A DNA stretch of 64,000 nt. Source: Desulfatiglandales bacterium. GTDB lineage: Bacteria > Desulfobacterota > DSM-4660 > Desulfatiglandales > HGW-15. How positions within the stretch are numbered: position 1 is the first letter of the stretch; each line of letters begins with the position of its first letter. The stretch spans positions 1,248,001 to 1,312,000 of the forward strand of contig CAXXJJ010000004.1 of the NCBI GenBank assembly GCA_963667015.2. The letters are read 5' to 3'. Below are positions 45,527 through 56,406 of the stretch, piece after piece. The position numbers and the translations under genes were made by a program. The notes under the pieces are model-generated. The model ran no database searches. It was not told where the DNA came from and saw only the letters and a list, made by a program, of their open reading frames with translations.

Positions 45527-47620
45527 TTAAAGACTTTCATCTAGAGCCGCTTTTCGCGACAGGGCAATCTTTCCTGATTTCTTATCAACATCAATTACCT
45601 TAACAAGAACCTCATCACCCTCTTGGAGAATATCAGTTACCTTGTTAACTCTTTCTTTATCAAGCTGAGAGATATGGACAAGACCGTCAGTTCCGGGTAA
45701 TATTTCAACAAATGCACCAAAATCCATGATCTTTCGAACCTTGCCGTTGTAAAGCTGACCTACTTCGGCTTCCCTGACAATATCATTGATCATTCCGACT
45801 GCTGCATTTGACAGCTCTTCATCCGGAGATGCTACAACTACATTTCCATCATCATCCACATTGATAGTTGATTCTGTCTTTGAGCTAATCTCCTTTATCA
45901 TCTTGCCGCTGGGCCCGATTAGTATCTTTATTTTTTCAGGTTTGATCTTCAGTTTGGCAATCACAGGAGCATATTCCGAAAGTTTACTGCGGGACTGAGA
46001 GATGGCTTCGTTCATCTTGCCCAGGATATGAAGTCTACCCTCTTTTGCCTGTGCAAGCGCCTGTTCCATTATTTCCCTTGTTACTCCGTCAATCTTGATG
46101 TCCATCTGGAGAGCAGTGATACCGTCCTTTGTTCCTGTAACCTTGAAGTCCATATCACCGTAATGGTCTTCATCGCCAAGAATATCCGTGAGTACGATTG
46201 TCTTGCTTCCGTCTGAAACCAGCCCCATGGCAACACCTGCCACAGCCTCCTTGATAGGAATGCCTGCGTCCATCATAGAAAGAGAACCGCCGCACACACT
46301 GGCCATGGATGAGGAACCGTTTGACTCGAGTATTTCGGAAACAACCCTTATAGCATAGGTAAACTCTTCCTTGTCAGGAATGACAGGAAGAAGAGCTCTT
46401 CTTGCCAGTGCACCATGACCGATTTCTCTTCGTCCGGGCCCGCCAAGTCGTTTTGCTTCACCAACCGAATACGGGGGGAAATTATAATGCAGGATAAAAT
46501 TTCTAAATACCTCACCATAGATGGAGTCCATCCGCTGCTCATCTCTTTCAGTGCCAATGGTAGTAAGTACCATTGCCTGGGTCTCTCCCCTGGTAAAGAG
46601 GGCAGATCCGTGAACCCTGGGCAGTATACCAACAAGGCACTCTATCGGCCGGACCTCGTTAAAGGCTCGTCCGTCAATCCTCTTGCCTTCCTCAAGCATC
46701 ATTTTACGTACAAGTGTATACTCAAGATCATGCACAAGGCTGCCTATCTCGCCCGCTCTTCCTTCATATTCCTCTGCCAGGGCCTCTTTTGTTGCCTTTG
46801 AGGCTTCTTTACGACTTTTTCCCCTGAGCTGTTTATCCGCTATCCTGATGGTCTCATTGAGAAGCGGTGCGGCTATCGCCTCAACCTTTTTGGCCAGTTC
46901 ATCATCACCGGCGTCTTCTTCAGCTACTTCTCTTTTCGGCTTACCCACAGCTTCCTTTAATTCAATCTGCATATCAAGCATGGGCTGGATTGCCTGATGG
47001 CCGTAGAATATTGCATCAATCATATCGGATTCCGACACAAACTGTCCGCCGCCTTCTACCATTACAACTGCTGACCTGTTGCCGGCAACAATAAGATTGA
47101 TATCACTCTCTTTGAGTTCTTCAAAGGTAGGATTTATAACAAACGCACCGTTTATTCTGCCTACCCGCACTGCGGCAACCGGTCCTTCAAATGGTATATC
47201 CGATACTTCAAGCGCAGCGGAAGCACCCAGAATAGCCAGCATATCAGCATCGTTCTGCTTATCTGTTGAGAGCACACTTGCTATTATCTGGATCTCATTA
47301 TGGTAAGACTTAGGAAAGAGAGGTCGCAATGGACGGTCGATCAACCTGGCTGTCAGAGTTTCCTCTTCACCCGGCCTTCCCATGTCTCTTCTGAAGTAAT
47401 TGCCTGGAAATTTTCCGCCGGCATATGACATTTCCTGGTACTCAACCGACAGGGGGAGAAAATCTATGCCTTCCCTGACTTCATCAGTCGAAACCGCTGT
47501 TACCAGTACTACTGTTTCACCAAAGGTGACTACAACAGAACCGCTTGCCTGTTTTGCAATGCGACCGGTTTCGATCGACAAGCTTTTACCATTCACTTCA
47601 ATTGTCGATATTTTTATCAT
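45527..47620 (-). CDS. pnp: Polyribonucleotide nucleotidyltransferase
   Basis: RREIGHG, SNGSSSMASVC, GDMDFKV, KH and S1 domains. Confidence 0.97.
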   Translation of the reverse strand: MIKISTIEVNGKSLSIETGRIAKQASGSVVVTFGETVVLVTAVSTDEVREGIDFLPLSVEYQEMSYAGGKFPGNYFRRDMGRPGEEETLTARLIDRPLRPLFPKSYHNEIQIIASVLSTDKQNDADMLAILGASAALEVSDIPFEGPVAAVRVGRINGAFVINPTFEELKESDINLIVAGNRSAVVMVEGGGQFVSESDMIDAIFYGHQAIQPMLDMQIELKEAVGKPKREVAEEDAGDDELAKKVEAIAAPLLNETIRIADKQLRGKSRKEASKATKEALAEEYEGRAGEIGSLVHDLEYTLVRKMMLEEGKRIDGRAFNEVRPIECLVGILPRVHGSALFTRGETQAMVLTTIGTERDEQRMDSIYGEVFRNFILHYNFPPYSVGEAKRLGGPGRREIGHGALARRALLPVIPDKEEFTYAIRVVSEILESNGSSSMASVCGGSLSMMDAGIPIKEAVAGVAMGLVSDGSKTIVLTDILGDEDHYGDMDFKVTGTKDGITALQMDIKIDGVTREIMEQALAQAKEGRLHILGKMNEAISQSRSKLSEYAPVIAKLKIKPEKIKILIGPSGKMIKEISSKTESTINVDDDGNVVVASPDEELSNAAVGMINDIVREAEVGQLYNGKVRKIMDFGAFVEILPGTDGLVHISQLDKERVNKVTDILQEGDEVLVKVIDVDKKSGKIALSRKAALDESL

Positions 47621-47708
47621 TTTTTTACCTTTCATGATCATAAGCATAGTTCCCGAATGTCATACTGGGAGTAATGACGGGATTTACTTAAAGAAAACAG
47701 CCTACGAT

Positions 47709-47978
47709 CTACTTTCTGATTCCCAGTTCCTTGATGATCTGCTGGTATCTTGATAAGTCTGACTTTTTCAGATAATTCAACAGCTTTCTTCTCTGCCCAA
47801 CAAGTTTCAACAGACCTCTCCTTGAATGATGGTCCTTTTTATGGGTTTTAAAATGATCCGTTAGATAGGATATTCTGTTGCTTAAAAGGGCTATTTGCAC
47901 TTCAGGTGAACCAGTATCCTTTCCATGCAGTTTAAATTTTTCAATTATTTCTTTTTTTGCTTCTGTAGTTAGGACCAC
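47709..47978 (-). CDS. rpsO: 30S ribosomal protein S15
   Basis: [21 protein letters not shown]. Confidence 0.98.
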   Translation of the reverse strand: MVLTTEAKKEIIEKFKLHGKDTGSPEVQIALLSNRISYLTDHFKTHKKDHHSRRGLLKLVGQRRKLLNYLKKSDLSRYQQIIKELGIRK

Positions 47979-48070
47979 TTTCCATACCTCCTTCGAAATT
48001 GGAAAACATAAAAATTAGTTAATTACTAAACAGTTAAACATGCTTATGTTTAAATTTTTTCCTTATATTG

Positions 48071-49006
48071 TTAATTAAACACCTTTATTTTCTTAAGCCA
48101 GCTATTTTCCCGGGCTAATGACCTGTCAATCTCCATTACTGCAACAAGACGTGAGTTGAATACCAGCTTTAGATACCCGTTATATATCTCTGACGCATCT
48201 ATATTCTCAGTCAGTTCCCCCCATGATGGCCTGTATCCGTTTCTGACCTTTTCTGCCAGATGATGTCCGAGATTAATCGTTTTCATGTCCGGCAGTGATT
48301 CATGCAGAGGAATTATATGGTTTAAAACTACTTCACTGCCCATTGAATCAAGTTCTTTGGAAAAATGGGCATCACCAACATTAAATAATCCGCTTGATAA
48401 TCTCCTTAAATTTTTCAAATGGGCCACTGTCCCAAGTTCTTTGCCTATATCCGCCGCAAGACTCCTGATATAGGTTCCGGAAGAACATGTTACATCAAGC
48501 ATGACCAGAGGCAGTCTGATATCAACGATATCAATAGAATAGACTGTAACCTCTCTCTTTTTCAGTTCAACCTCTATGCCCTTCCGGGCCAGGTTATAGG
48601 CCCGTTCCCCATTCACCTTTAAAGCTGAAAACGCAGGTGGAACCTGCTCAATAACACCCGTAAACCCGGCAATTACACTGGCAACGGTTTCCAGTCCCAT
48701 ATCCGGAACAGGCGCCTCTTTAATTATTAATCCGGTAGGATCAAGTGTATCCGTTCCTATACCCAGCCTGATCTCAGCCCGGTATTTTTTTTTACCTCCC
48801 ATAATATGGGAAGATAACTTTGTCCCCTGCCCCAGCAGTATTATAAGCAGTCCTGAGGCAAATGGATCCAGGGTTCCGGCATGGCCGGTCTTTTTACACT
48901 TGAGGATTTTTTTTATCATCCTCACTGCATCAAAGGAGGTTATACCTTCCTCCTTATCTATCAGCAGAATCCCGTCAGGACACACCTCTGTTAATCTGCC
49001 TGCCAA
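48071..49006 (-). CDS. truB: tRNA pseudouridine55 synthase
   Basis: GHAGTLDP, PP.FSALK, CS.GTYIRS. Confidence 0.95.
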   Translation of the reverse strand: MAGRLTEVCPDGILLIDKEEGITSFDAVRMIKKILKCKKTGHAGTLDPFASGLLIILLGQGTKLSSHIMGGKKKYRAEIRLGIGTDTLDPTGLIIKEAPVPDMGLETVASVIAGFTGVIEQVPPAFSALKVNGERAYNLARKGIEVELKKREVTVYSIDIVDIRLPLVMLDVTCSSGTYIRSLAADIGKELGTVAHLKNLRRLSSGLFNVGDAHFSKELDSMGSEVVLNHIIPLHESLPDMKTINLGHHLAEKVRNGYRPSWGELTENIDASEIYNGYLKLVFNSRLVAVMEIDRSLARENSWLKKIKVFN

Positions 49007-49020
49007 ACTCTCTCTTCTTT

Positions 49021-49377
49021 TTATTCTTTCTCTTCGTCTTGAATTTTTTTAAACAACTGCTCAAGACGGTTACCGTTTGCAAGTGTCGGGTCATGATCAA
49101 ATATGATATCCGGCACATTTCTTAATTCCAGACCGGAACCCAGTTGCCTCTTAATGAATCCTTTGGCACTTTCAAGTCCTGCCATGGCCTGCTTGACATC
49201 GGATTCAGCTCCCAGGACACTAAAAAAGATCCTCGCGTTTTTCAGGTCATTGCTTAAGCTTATTCCTGTAAGGGTAACCCCCTTGACCCTTGGGTCCCTT
49301 ATCTTATTCATAAGGAGTTCGGCAATAAATCTTAAGATCTGATCTCCGACTCTTGTTGCTCTCTTTCCGGGTAACAT
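49021..49377 (-). CDS. rbfA: Ribosome-binding factor A
   Basis: R..RV, DPR, DL..A, A.GFI, P.I.F..D. Confidence 0.93.
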   Translation of the reverse strand: MLPGKRATRVGDQILRFIAELLMNKIRDPRVKGVTLTGISLSNDLKNARIFFSVLGAESDVKQAMAGLESAKGFIKRQLGSGLELRNVPDIIFDHDPTLANGNRLEQLFKKIQDEEKE

Positions 49378-49433
49378 TTTTTAACTTCTCTTTTACTATA
49401 TATATCAACTGCCCTTACACGGCCTTTAACAGA

Positions 49434-49721
49434 TCACACATTTATTATCTCAATCTTTGAATCGATTATCTCAGCAAGATAAAGTGATTCAAGAAAGGAC
49501 AATACATTGTCGAGAGAAGAGTTTACATGGCGCCTGTCATTTCCGACAGTACTTACACCTAACCCTATCCTCTGCCATTTGTCATTATACTCCACTTCGG
49601 CTATAGCGACATTAAACCTGCTCTTTACCTTTCCAATCATACTTTTGACAATTTTTCTTTTTCCCTTAAGGGAATTACTGTCATGGATAAAAAGCTCTAT
49701 TGTCATAGTGCCTATAACCAC
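49434..49721 (-). CDS. DUF503 (YlxP-like) protein
   Basis: SLK.KR, RFNV.IAE, D.WQ; conserved position after infB. Confidence 0.88.
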   Translation of the reverse strand: MVIGTMTIELFIHDSNSLKGKRKIVKSMIGKVKSRFNVAIAEVEYNDKWQRIGLGVSTVGNDRRHVNSSLDNVLSFLESLYLAEIIDSKIEIINV

Positions 49722-49724
49722 ACC

Positions 49725-52460
49725 CTAAAGCTCCGCTTTAATTGCCTCAACCTTATATGCTTCAAGCACATCACCCGGTTTGATATCCTGAAAGGCCTCA
49801 AGGCCTATACCGCATTCATATCCGGCCTGAACTTCCTTTACATCATTCTGAAGGCGTCTCAGGGAAGCTATTTTCCCATCAAAAATTACCACATCATCTC
49901 TCAACAACCTGATATTTGCATTTCTTTCAACATGTCCATCGGTTACATAACAGCCAGCAATTTTTCCAATCTTAGGAACGCTGAATAGCTGTTTGATGTC
50001 CACACGTCCAATAACGTTTTCCTTGTAAATGGGCTCAAGGAGACCAGCCATGGCCTTCTTGATATCCTCTATCAGGTTGTAGATAACATCATAATACCGG
50101 ATATCAATGTTTTCTCTTTCGGCTATCTGAACGACCCTTGCGTTGGTCCTTACCCTGAAACCAATAATAATGGCATCAGATGCCGAGGCCAGCATTACAT
50201 CCGATTCGGTTATTGCACCGGTAGATGAATGGATAATACGTATCTTCACCGCTTCGGTTGCAAGTTTATGTAGGGATTCAGACAGTGCCTCAAGAGAGCC
50301 CTGAACATCCGCTTTGATTATTATATTGAGCTCCTTTATCGCCCCTTCCCTGATCTTCTCATAAAGATCATTCAGGTTTACTATGTCACTCTTTGATCTT
50401 TCCTTCTCTTTCAGCTTGGCCTGGCGATGGGCAACAATCTGCCGTGCAGTTTTCTCATCTGGAACAACATAAAACTCGTCACCGGCCTTGGGAACACCTG
50501 TCATACCATAGATCTCTACAGGGACAGACGGGGTTGCTTCCTTCAGTTTTTTGCCCCGGTTGTTCAGCATCGCTCGTACACGCCCGTAGCTTTCTCCGCA
50601 GATAAAATGATCACTCTGCTTTAAGGTTCCCTCTTTTATAAGTACTGTTGCGATGGATCCTCTGCTCTTATCCAGCTGTGCTTCAATAATGGTTCCTCTC
50701 GCTGGTCTGTCGGGATTGGATTTTAATTCAAGCATTTCAGCCTGTAAGAGGATAAGCTCCATAAGCTCATCTATACCTTCACCGGTCTTGGCGGATATCT
50801 TGCCGAAAATGGTATCCCCCCCCCAATCCTCAGGAGTCAGGTCAAGTTCTGCAAGCTCCCTTGTTACCTTATCAGGGTTTGCCTCCGGTTTATCTATTTT
50901 ATTAATTGCTACAATAATCGGGATATTGGCTGCCCGTGCATGATTTACAGCTTCTCTTGTCTGGGGCATGACTCCGTCATCCGCTGCCACAATAAGAATA
51001 ATAATATCTGTTATCTTCGCGCCTCTTGCCCTCATGGCGGTAAATGCCTCATGGCCAGGGGTATCCAGGAACACGATATCTCCGCCTTCTCTCTCAACAT
51101 AATAGGCACCTATATGCTGTGTAATTCCGCCTGATTCTCCGCCAATTATGTTTGAGTCCCTTATATAATCAAGAAGCGATGTTTTTCCATGATCAACATG
51201 GCCCATTATTGTGACAACAGGAGGTCTTGGCTTGAGATCTTCCGGTTTATTAACCACCTCATCCAGCTTAACCTCCATTTCAAACTGATCAAGTTCAAGT
51301 TCATATCCAAAATCATCTGCGGCAAGAGAAGCCGTCTCAAAATCGATCTTCATATTAATATTGGCCATCACACCCATCTTAATCAGCAGTTTGATTAATT
51401 CTGCTGCCTTTACCCCCATTGCCTTGGCGAGATCGGATACAGTTACGTTCTCAGGCACCTTAAGCCTTCTTTTGCTTGCTTTAGGGGTAGTTATTTCAGT
51501 CTGCCTTAATCTTTTGGCACCATCCTTTGACTTTTTGCCTGACTTTCTGTCTTTAAGTCTGGGTTTTCTGTCTTCATAAAGATCAGCCCTCTCAAACACT
51601 TCAATCTTCCGGTGTTTGATACGAGCCCCTGCATCAACATCCCTGCTGGCCTTATCCCCTTTTTTCCTGTCTTTCTTCTTCTTTGCCTTTTTGCCGTCCT
51701 CATCCAGCACATCAGTAGCACCAGGTTCAACAACGACGGGTTTGACCTTTTCTATTTTCTTTTCTTTAAACTCAACAGGTTCTTTTATTACTTCCTTCTT
51801 CTCTTTTTCCTTTGCCAACAGATCTTTCAGAGGTCCCTCTTCTGGGCGTTTGATAATCTTGGCCGGTCGGTCTTTTTGCTTTTTCTTTGATTTTTTGCCT
51901 GAAGGTTTTTCGGCTTCCTTTACTTCCTCTTCTTCAACTAAAGCAGCTGAATCCTCTGCGGCCTGATCAGATGCCTGCTCCACCGCTTCTTCTGGTTCGG
52001 CGCCCTCTGCCTTTTCTGCGTCCATCATCTCTTCTTCAGTTTCATCTGTTTCTGTAACAGCTGTCTCCTCCGACGGAAATTCTTCAGCGGCGGCGCGCTC
52101 TTCTTCAGTCTCGATATCTTCTTCTGTTTTCTTAACCACGGGAGAAACAGCCTCATCCTTTTCAGCGACTGCTTTTTCCTCTTCAGGGGATTTCTCTTCT
52201 ACCGGAGCTTCAGCTCTTACTTCAGGCTCATCAACCTGAACGACTTTGCGTCGACGAATAACGTTTCTTTTGATACGTTTTTCTTCAATAACTTCGGACA
52301 CATTGCCTTTCAATATCTCTTTTGCTTTTTTTATCTCACTATCATCCAAGGTACTCATATAATTCTTTACTGCCATTCCACCGGATTTCAACTTTTCTAC
52401 CAGCTCTTTACTTTCAATATTAAGTTCCTTGGCCAATTCATAGACCCTTACTTTAGCCAT
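49725..52460 (-). CDS. infB: Translation initiation factor IF-2
   Basis: [25 protein letters not shown]. Confidence 0.98.
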   Translation of the reverse strand: MAKVRVYELAKELNIESKELVEKLKSGGMAVKNYMSTLDDSEIKKAKEILKGNVSEVIEEKRIKRNVIRRRKVVQVDEPEVRAEAPVEEKSPEEEKAVAEKDEAVSPVVKKTEEDIETEEERAAAEEFPSEETAVTETDETEEEMMDAEKAEGAEPEEAVEQASDQAAEDSAALVEEEEVKEAEKPSGKKSKKKQKDRPAKIIKRPEEGPLKDLLAKEKEKKEVIKEPVEFKEKKIEKVKPVVVEPGATDVLDEDGKKAKKKKDRKKGDKASRDVDAGARIKHRKIEVFERADLYEDRKPRLKDRKSGKKSKDGAKRLRQTEITTPKASKRRLKVPENVTVSDLAKAMGVKAAELIKLLIKMGVMANINMKIDFETASLAADDFGYELELDQFEMEVKLDEVVNKPEDLKPRPPVVTIMGHVDHGKTSLLDYIRDSNIIGGESGGITQHIGAYYVEREGGDIVFLDTPGHEAFTAMRARGAKITDIIILIVAADDGVMPQTREAVNHARAANIPIIVAINKIDKPEANPDKVTRELAELDLTPEDWGGDTIFGKISAKTGEGIDELMELILLQAEMLELKSNPDRPARGTIIEAQLDKSRGSIATVLIKEGTLKQSDHFICGESYGRVRAMLNNRGKKLKEATPSVPVEIYGMTGVPKAGDEFYVVPDEKTARQIVAHRQAKLKEKERSKSDIVNLNDLYEKIREGAIKELNIIIKADVQGSLEALSESLHKLATEAVKIRIIHSSTGAITESDVMLASASDAIIIGFRVRTNARVVQIAERENIDIRYYDVIYNLIEDIKKAMAGLLEPIYKENVIGRVDIKQLFSVPKIGKIAGCYVTDGHVERNANIRLLRDDVVIFDGKIASLRRLQNDVKEVQAGYECGIGLEAFQDIKPGDVLEAYKVEAIKAEL

Positions 52461-52590
52461 CTAATCCCCCAAAGCCTTTCTTGTTTTCCTTTCTTTATGG
52501 ATAAAATACATTTCATAAAAATAGAATAATGTTGTACATTCCTTTTATCTTTATCCATAAGGATACCTGATTATCTATCACTGAATATGG

Positions 52591-52860
52591 CTATAACTTT
52601 ACCTGTTTTCCTCTATCAAAACCTATTGTAACCGCTTTATCTGTCCGGAAAAACCGATTAAGGCCTTTAGACCTTAAAAATTTCTCTCTGCAGGAAATCT
52701 CGTTACAGAGATAAATTCCACGACCTTCTTTCTTCCGGTATTCATCGATAACAACCCGGTTATCTCTATCAAGGACAAGTCGAATAAGCTCTTTTTTGGG
52801 TTTCTTCGACCTGCATGCTACACATGTTCTTACAGGAACATGACCTTTATTATTTTTCAT
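52591..52860 (-). CDS. ylxR: YlxR/DUF448 RNA-binding protein
   Basis: PVRTCVACR, K.ELIR, GRG.YLC. Confidence 0.88.
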   Translation of the reverse strand: MKNNKGHVPVRTCVACRSKKPKKELIRLVLDRDNRVVIDEYRKKEGRGIYLCNEISCREKFLRSKGLNRFFRTDKAVTIGFDRGKQVKL

Positions 52861-54163
52861 CCGGGTTAATATCTTCCTCTGTTTCCCCTTCCGAAACTGC
52901 ATCCGGTTCGGAGGAAGCATTCCCATCACCCTCATTGAGGTATTCTTTGGCTGTTGCAATCAATTCAACCGCATCTTCATTACTTAAGCCATCCACATTT
53001 GCCAGTTCATCAACACTGGCTGCGGCAATATCCTCTACAGACCTGAAACCTTCCTGATACAGTTCCGTTGCGATCGCCTCACCGACACCCTCTAGACTCA
53101 GGAGGGAATTATAGGAGTCTTTCAGATCCTTATTGTATTCAGACTCACTTGTCACATCCAGATTCCACCCTGAAATCTTTGATGCAAGACGTACATTCTG
53201 TCCTCTTCTTCCGATTGCCAGAGAGAGCTGATCATCCGGAACAACTACAACCATTGACTGGTTGGACTCATCAACAACAACCCTGATTATTTCTGCCGGT
53301 GCAAGGGCATTGCATATAAATTTTGCAGGATCAGGATCCCAGGTAACAATATCGATTTTTTCACCTCTTAACTCCTGAACAACCGCCTGAACCCTTGAAC
53401 CTTTCATCCCGACACATGCACCTACAGGATCGACATCAACATCTCTTGATGTTACGGCTATCTTTGCCCTGCTCCCCGGTTCTCGTGAAACCTGGATTAT
53501 ACTTACAATACCTTCTGAAATTTCCGGGACTTCATTTTCAAAAAGCATGGAGAGAAAATTTGGATGGGTTCTGGAAAGTATGATCTGAGGTCCCCTGCTG
53601 AACTGTTTTACCTCAAGGATAAATGCCCTTATCCGGTCTCCCTGCTTATAGGATTCCTTTGGTATCTGTTCCTTGACTGGCAGTTCAGCCTCTGCCTTAC
53701 CGAGGTTAACAATAATAGCTCCCTTGTCAAAGCGTTGAACTATACCGTGAATAATCTCACCGCGTCTGTCCTTGAAATCATCATATACGATGTTTCTTTC
53801 CGCTTCACGCAAACGCTGCATGATAACCTGCTTTGCAGACTGTGCAGCAACCCGACCAAGGTCATCTATTTCCGTTCTTATTCCAAGGCTGTCTCCGATA
53901 ACAGCTTCAGGATCAATTTCATGTGCTTCTTCGAGGGAAATCTCAAGAGTTTCATTTGTTACATTTTCTACGACTTCCTTGAATTCAAATATTTCGATTT
54001 CACCCAGTTCTTCATTGAAATTAATTTCGAGATCATAGTTCTGCCCGAGCTTTTTACGTGCAGCTGCCTTTACTGCTTCCTCAAGGGTCTGTATTAAGGT
54101 CTCTCGCTCAACACCCTTCTCTCGGCCAACCTGCTCCAATACTTTTAATAAATCTGAACTCAT
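52850..54163 (-). CDS. nusA: Transcription termination factor NusA
   Basis: S1 and KH domains, GACVG.KGSR, SLAIG..GQN. Confidence 0.97.
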   Translation of the reverse strand: MSSDLLKVLEQVGREKGVERETLIQTLEEAVKAAARKKLGQNYDLEINFNEELGEIEIFEFKEVVENVTNETLEISLEEAHEIDPEAVIGDSLGIRTEIDDLGRVAAQSAKQVIMQRLREAERNIVYDDFKDRRGEIIHGIVQRFDKGAIIVNLGKAEAELPVKEQIPKESYKQGDRIRAFILEVKQFSRGPQIILSRTHPNFLSMLFENEVPEISEGIVSIIQVSREPGSRAKIAVTSRDVDVDPVGACVGMKGSRVQAVVQELRGEKIDIVTWDPDPAKFICNALAPAEIIRVVVDESNQSMVVVVPDDQLSLAIGRRGQNVRLASKISGWNLDVTSESEYNKDLKDSYNSLLSLEGVGEAIATELYQEGFRSVEDIAAASVDELANVDGLSNEDAVELIATAKEYLNEGDGNASSEPDAVSEGETEEDINPDEK

Positions 54164-54164
54164 T

Positions 54165-54695
54165 TCAATTTACTCCATTGTTTGTACTGTTAACTGTGCC
54201 TGTTTTGTCATTATCGAAATCGAATATAAGGTTTGATTTCTCGATGTCATCAAATGGCAATTCAATCAGTTCCCCTTCAGTTTCAAGAAAAATCGTACGG
54301 TTTTTATAATCTTTAAGGTTTCCGGTAAAATTTTTCTGTCCATTAAGATCCCGGGACATCTTTAATTTAATCCTGTTTCCAATTACCTTTATGAAATCCT
54401 TTTCCTTTCTCAAAGGACGATTGAGTCCCGGAGAAGAGACTTCAAGGACATATTCATGTTCAATGATCTCTTTTACATCGATTATATCACCAAGGTCCCT
54501 GCTTACATCAGCACAGTCATCTATGGTGACACCGCCTTCCTTATCAATATACAGCCTTAAAACCCAGCGACCATGCATGGTAAGATATTCAACTTCAACA
54601 AGCTCAAATCCCATATCTTCAAGCATAGGTTCAATAAGAGAAATTACACGGTCTCTTATTATAGTAATATCTGCCAATACCCGTTCTCCAATCAC
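54165..54695 (-). CDS. rimP: Ribosome maturation factor RimP
   Basis: LR.YID...V.IDDC, YVLEVSSPGL.RPL. Confidence 0.95.
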   Translation of the reverse strand: MIGERVLADITIIRDRVISLIEPMLEDMGFELVEVEYLTMHGRWVLRLYIDKEGGVTIDDCADVSRDLGDIIDVKEIIEHEYVLEVSSPGLNRPLRKEKDFIKVIGNRIKLKMSRDLNGQKNFTGNLKDYKNRTIFLETEGELIELPFDDIEKSNLIFDFDNDKTGTVNSTNNGVN

Positions 54696-54808
54696 ACAAT
54701 ATTAAAGCTGCAATACATTCCCTGTGATAACCGATCAAAACAATCAAGATTCAAGAGGCTTTATCAAGAGAGATTTACCCGAGAGAAGAAGCACTGATCA
54801 GCACTAAT

Positions 54809-54837
54809 AAAAAAGCGGGTAATTAAGACCCGCTTCA
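54809..54837 (-). terminator. rimP leader hairpin / attenuator
   Basis: Minus strand GAAGCGGGT-CTTAATT-ACCCGCTTTTTT upstream of rimP. Confidence 0.6.
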
Positions 54838-54992
54838 GAATCATAGACTATAGCTTTTACAGTAAAACCTGCATAAAAAAATCACTACGGCATACTGCAA
54901 AACATTGTGCCCACAATTCGAAGTAGGTCAACCATTAATCTACTCATGGCCAACAACCTCAAAAAGGGAATCCGGAATTTTTCAATCACTCC

Positions 54993-55068
54993 TGGAGCGG
55001 GCAACGGGGTTCGAACCCGCGACCCCAAGCTTGGGAAGCTTGTACTCTACCAACTGAGCTATACCCGC
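54993..55068 (-). tRNA. tRNA-Gly (anticodon CCC)
   Basis: GCGGGTATAGCTCAGTTGGTAGAGTACAAGCTTCCCAAGCTTGGGGTCGCGGGTTCGAACCCCGTTGCCCGCTCCA, 76 nt cloverleaf with CCA. Confidence 0.96.
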
Positions 55069-55476
55069 TTTAAGCCTCTCATTGTGACATATTCCTGCTT
55101 AAAATTCCTTAAAAATGCAGGGGGATCAAACCCTTATATATTCTTCCTCTGATACTGAGCTGCAAAGAAAGTTTTTTACTTTTCCCAAAAAATAATTTTA
55201 CATTTTTACCATAAGAAAAATCATTGTCAAGATATTATCTGAAGATAAAACCCGGATAAACATTTTAAATTCCAATAGGTTTTCGATTTTCTTCAGTAAT
55301 ATTAAGGTAAAACATGTAAAACTATTTAAATATTCGGCAGGAAGAATAATATTTTTGTTTTTTATTGTCAATCCAATTAAAAAAACATATCATTTTGCAA
55401 AATTGTATGATAATTTGCTTATCATATAATAAATAATTCTAAAAAAATTTATGTTGCCCAGGAGAAAAAGAGTTCC

Positions 55477-56343
55477 TTGGAAGAAGATTCAAATCGAAGT
55501 TTTTTGAACAAAATTTTTTCCCTAATTAAAAAAAACCACCTTCAGAACGGTTCAGACCTCACGGATGAGATCAATGATCTCATGGATGAGGGGCAGGCGA
55601 AGGGCCTTATCACCGATGAAGAATCAGAAATGGTTCATGGCGTATTGGAGTTAAAAGAAACCACTGCGTCTTCTATAATGATCCCCCGCACTGATTTGAC
55701 CTCTGCGGCTATTGATACTACCCTTGGTGAGCTTATCCAGCTTATTACAACCTGTGGTCATACTAGGATTCCAATCTATAAAGACAGCATTGATGGAATA
55801 GTTGGCGTCCTGCATGCAAAGGATCTCCTTAAATTATTTGGAAATCCGCCGGATACAGAAATAACACCCGATATACTCAGGAAGGTCTTTTTTGTACCCG
55901 GCAGCCAGAAGATCAGTGCACTCTTAAGGGATCTTAGAAGTAAAAAAAACCATATGGCAATTGTAACAGATGAATATGGCGGCACGGCAGGATTAATTAC
56001 CATTGAAGATATACTTGAAGAAATAGTCGGCGAAATAATGGATGAGCATGACCATGAAGAATCTCTGATGAATGTGATTGATGAGAGCACTATCCTTGTG
56101 GATGCACGCCTTGAAGCCGAAGCCATAGAAGAATATTTCAATCTGGAGTTGCCTGAAGGTGATTTTGAATCTGTAGGCGGATTTATTATCAACCAGCTTG
56201 GCAAGATACCGAAAACAGGTGAGGAAGTTACTTATCAGAACCTTAAAATAACAGTCAAATCTGCAGATGAAAGGAGAATTGACAAGGCCCTTATCACCTG
56301 CTGCAAACCCGCCCCTGACGAATCTGAAGAATCGGGTTACTGA
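55477..56343 (+). CDS. corC: CorC/HlyC CBS-domain protein
   Basis: M.PR, HTRIP, DEYGGT.GLITIEDILEE, CorC C-terminal domain; upstream of lnt. Confidence 0.85.
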   Translation: MEEDSNRSFLNKIFSLIKKNHLQNGSDLTDEINDLMDEGQAKGLITDEESEMVHGVLELKETTASSIMIPRTDLTSAAIDTTLGELIQLITTCGHTRIPIYKDSIDGIVGVLHAKDLLKLFGNPPDTEITPDILRKVFFVPGSQKISALLRDLRSKKNHMAIVTDEYGGTAGLITIEDILEEIVGEIMDEHDHEESLMNVIDESTILVDARLEAEAIEEYFNLELPEGDFESVGGFIINQLGKIPKTGEEVTYQNLKITVKSADERRIDKALITCCKPAPDESEESGY

Positions 56344-56406
56344 CACGCACACACGTTTCACACTATTAATACTGCAATCATCAATATTTTCATCCGGCAC
56401 TGTTAA

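Noticed and set aside
54700..55470. Possible integrative element at tRNA-Gly
   Set aside because: No integrase and no duplicated tRNA 3' end seen; flanks are housekeeping genes.
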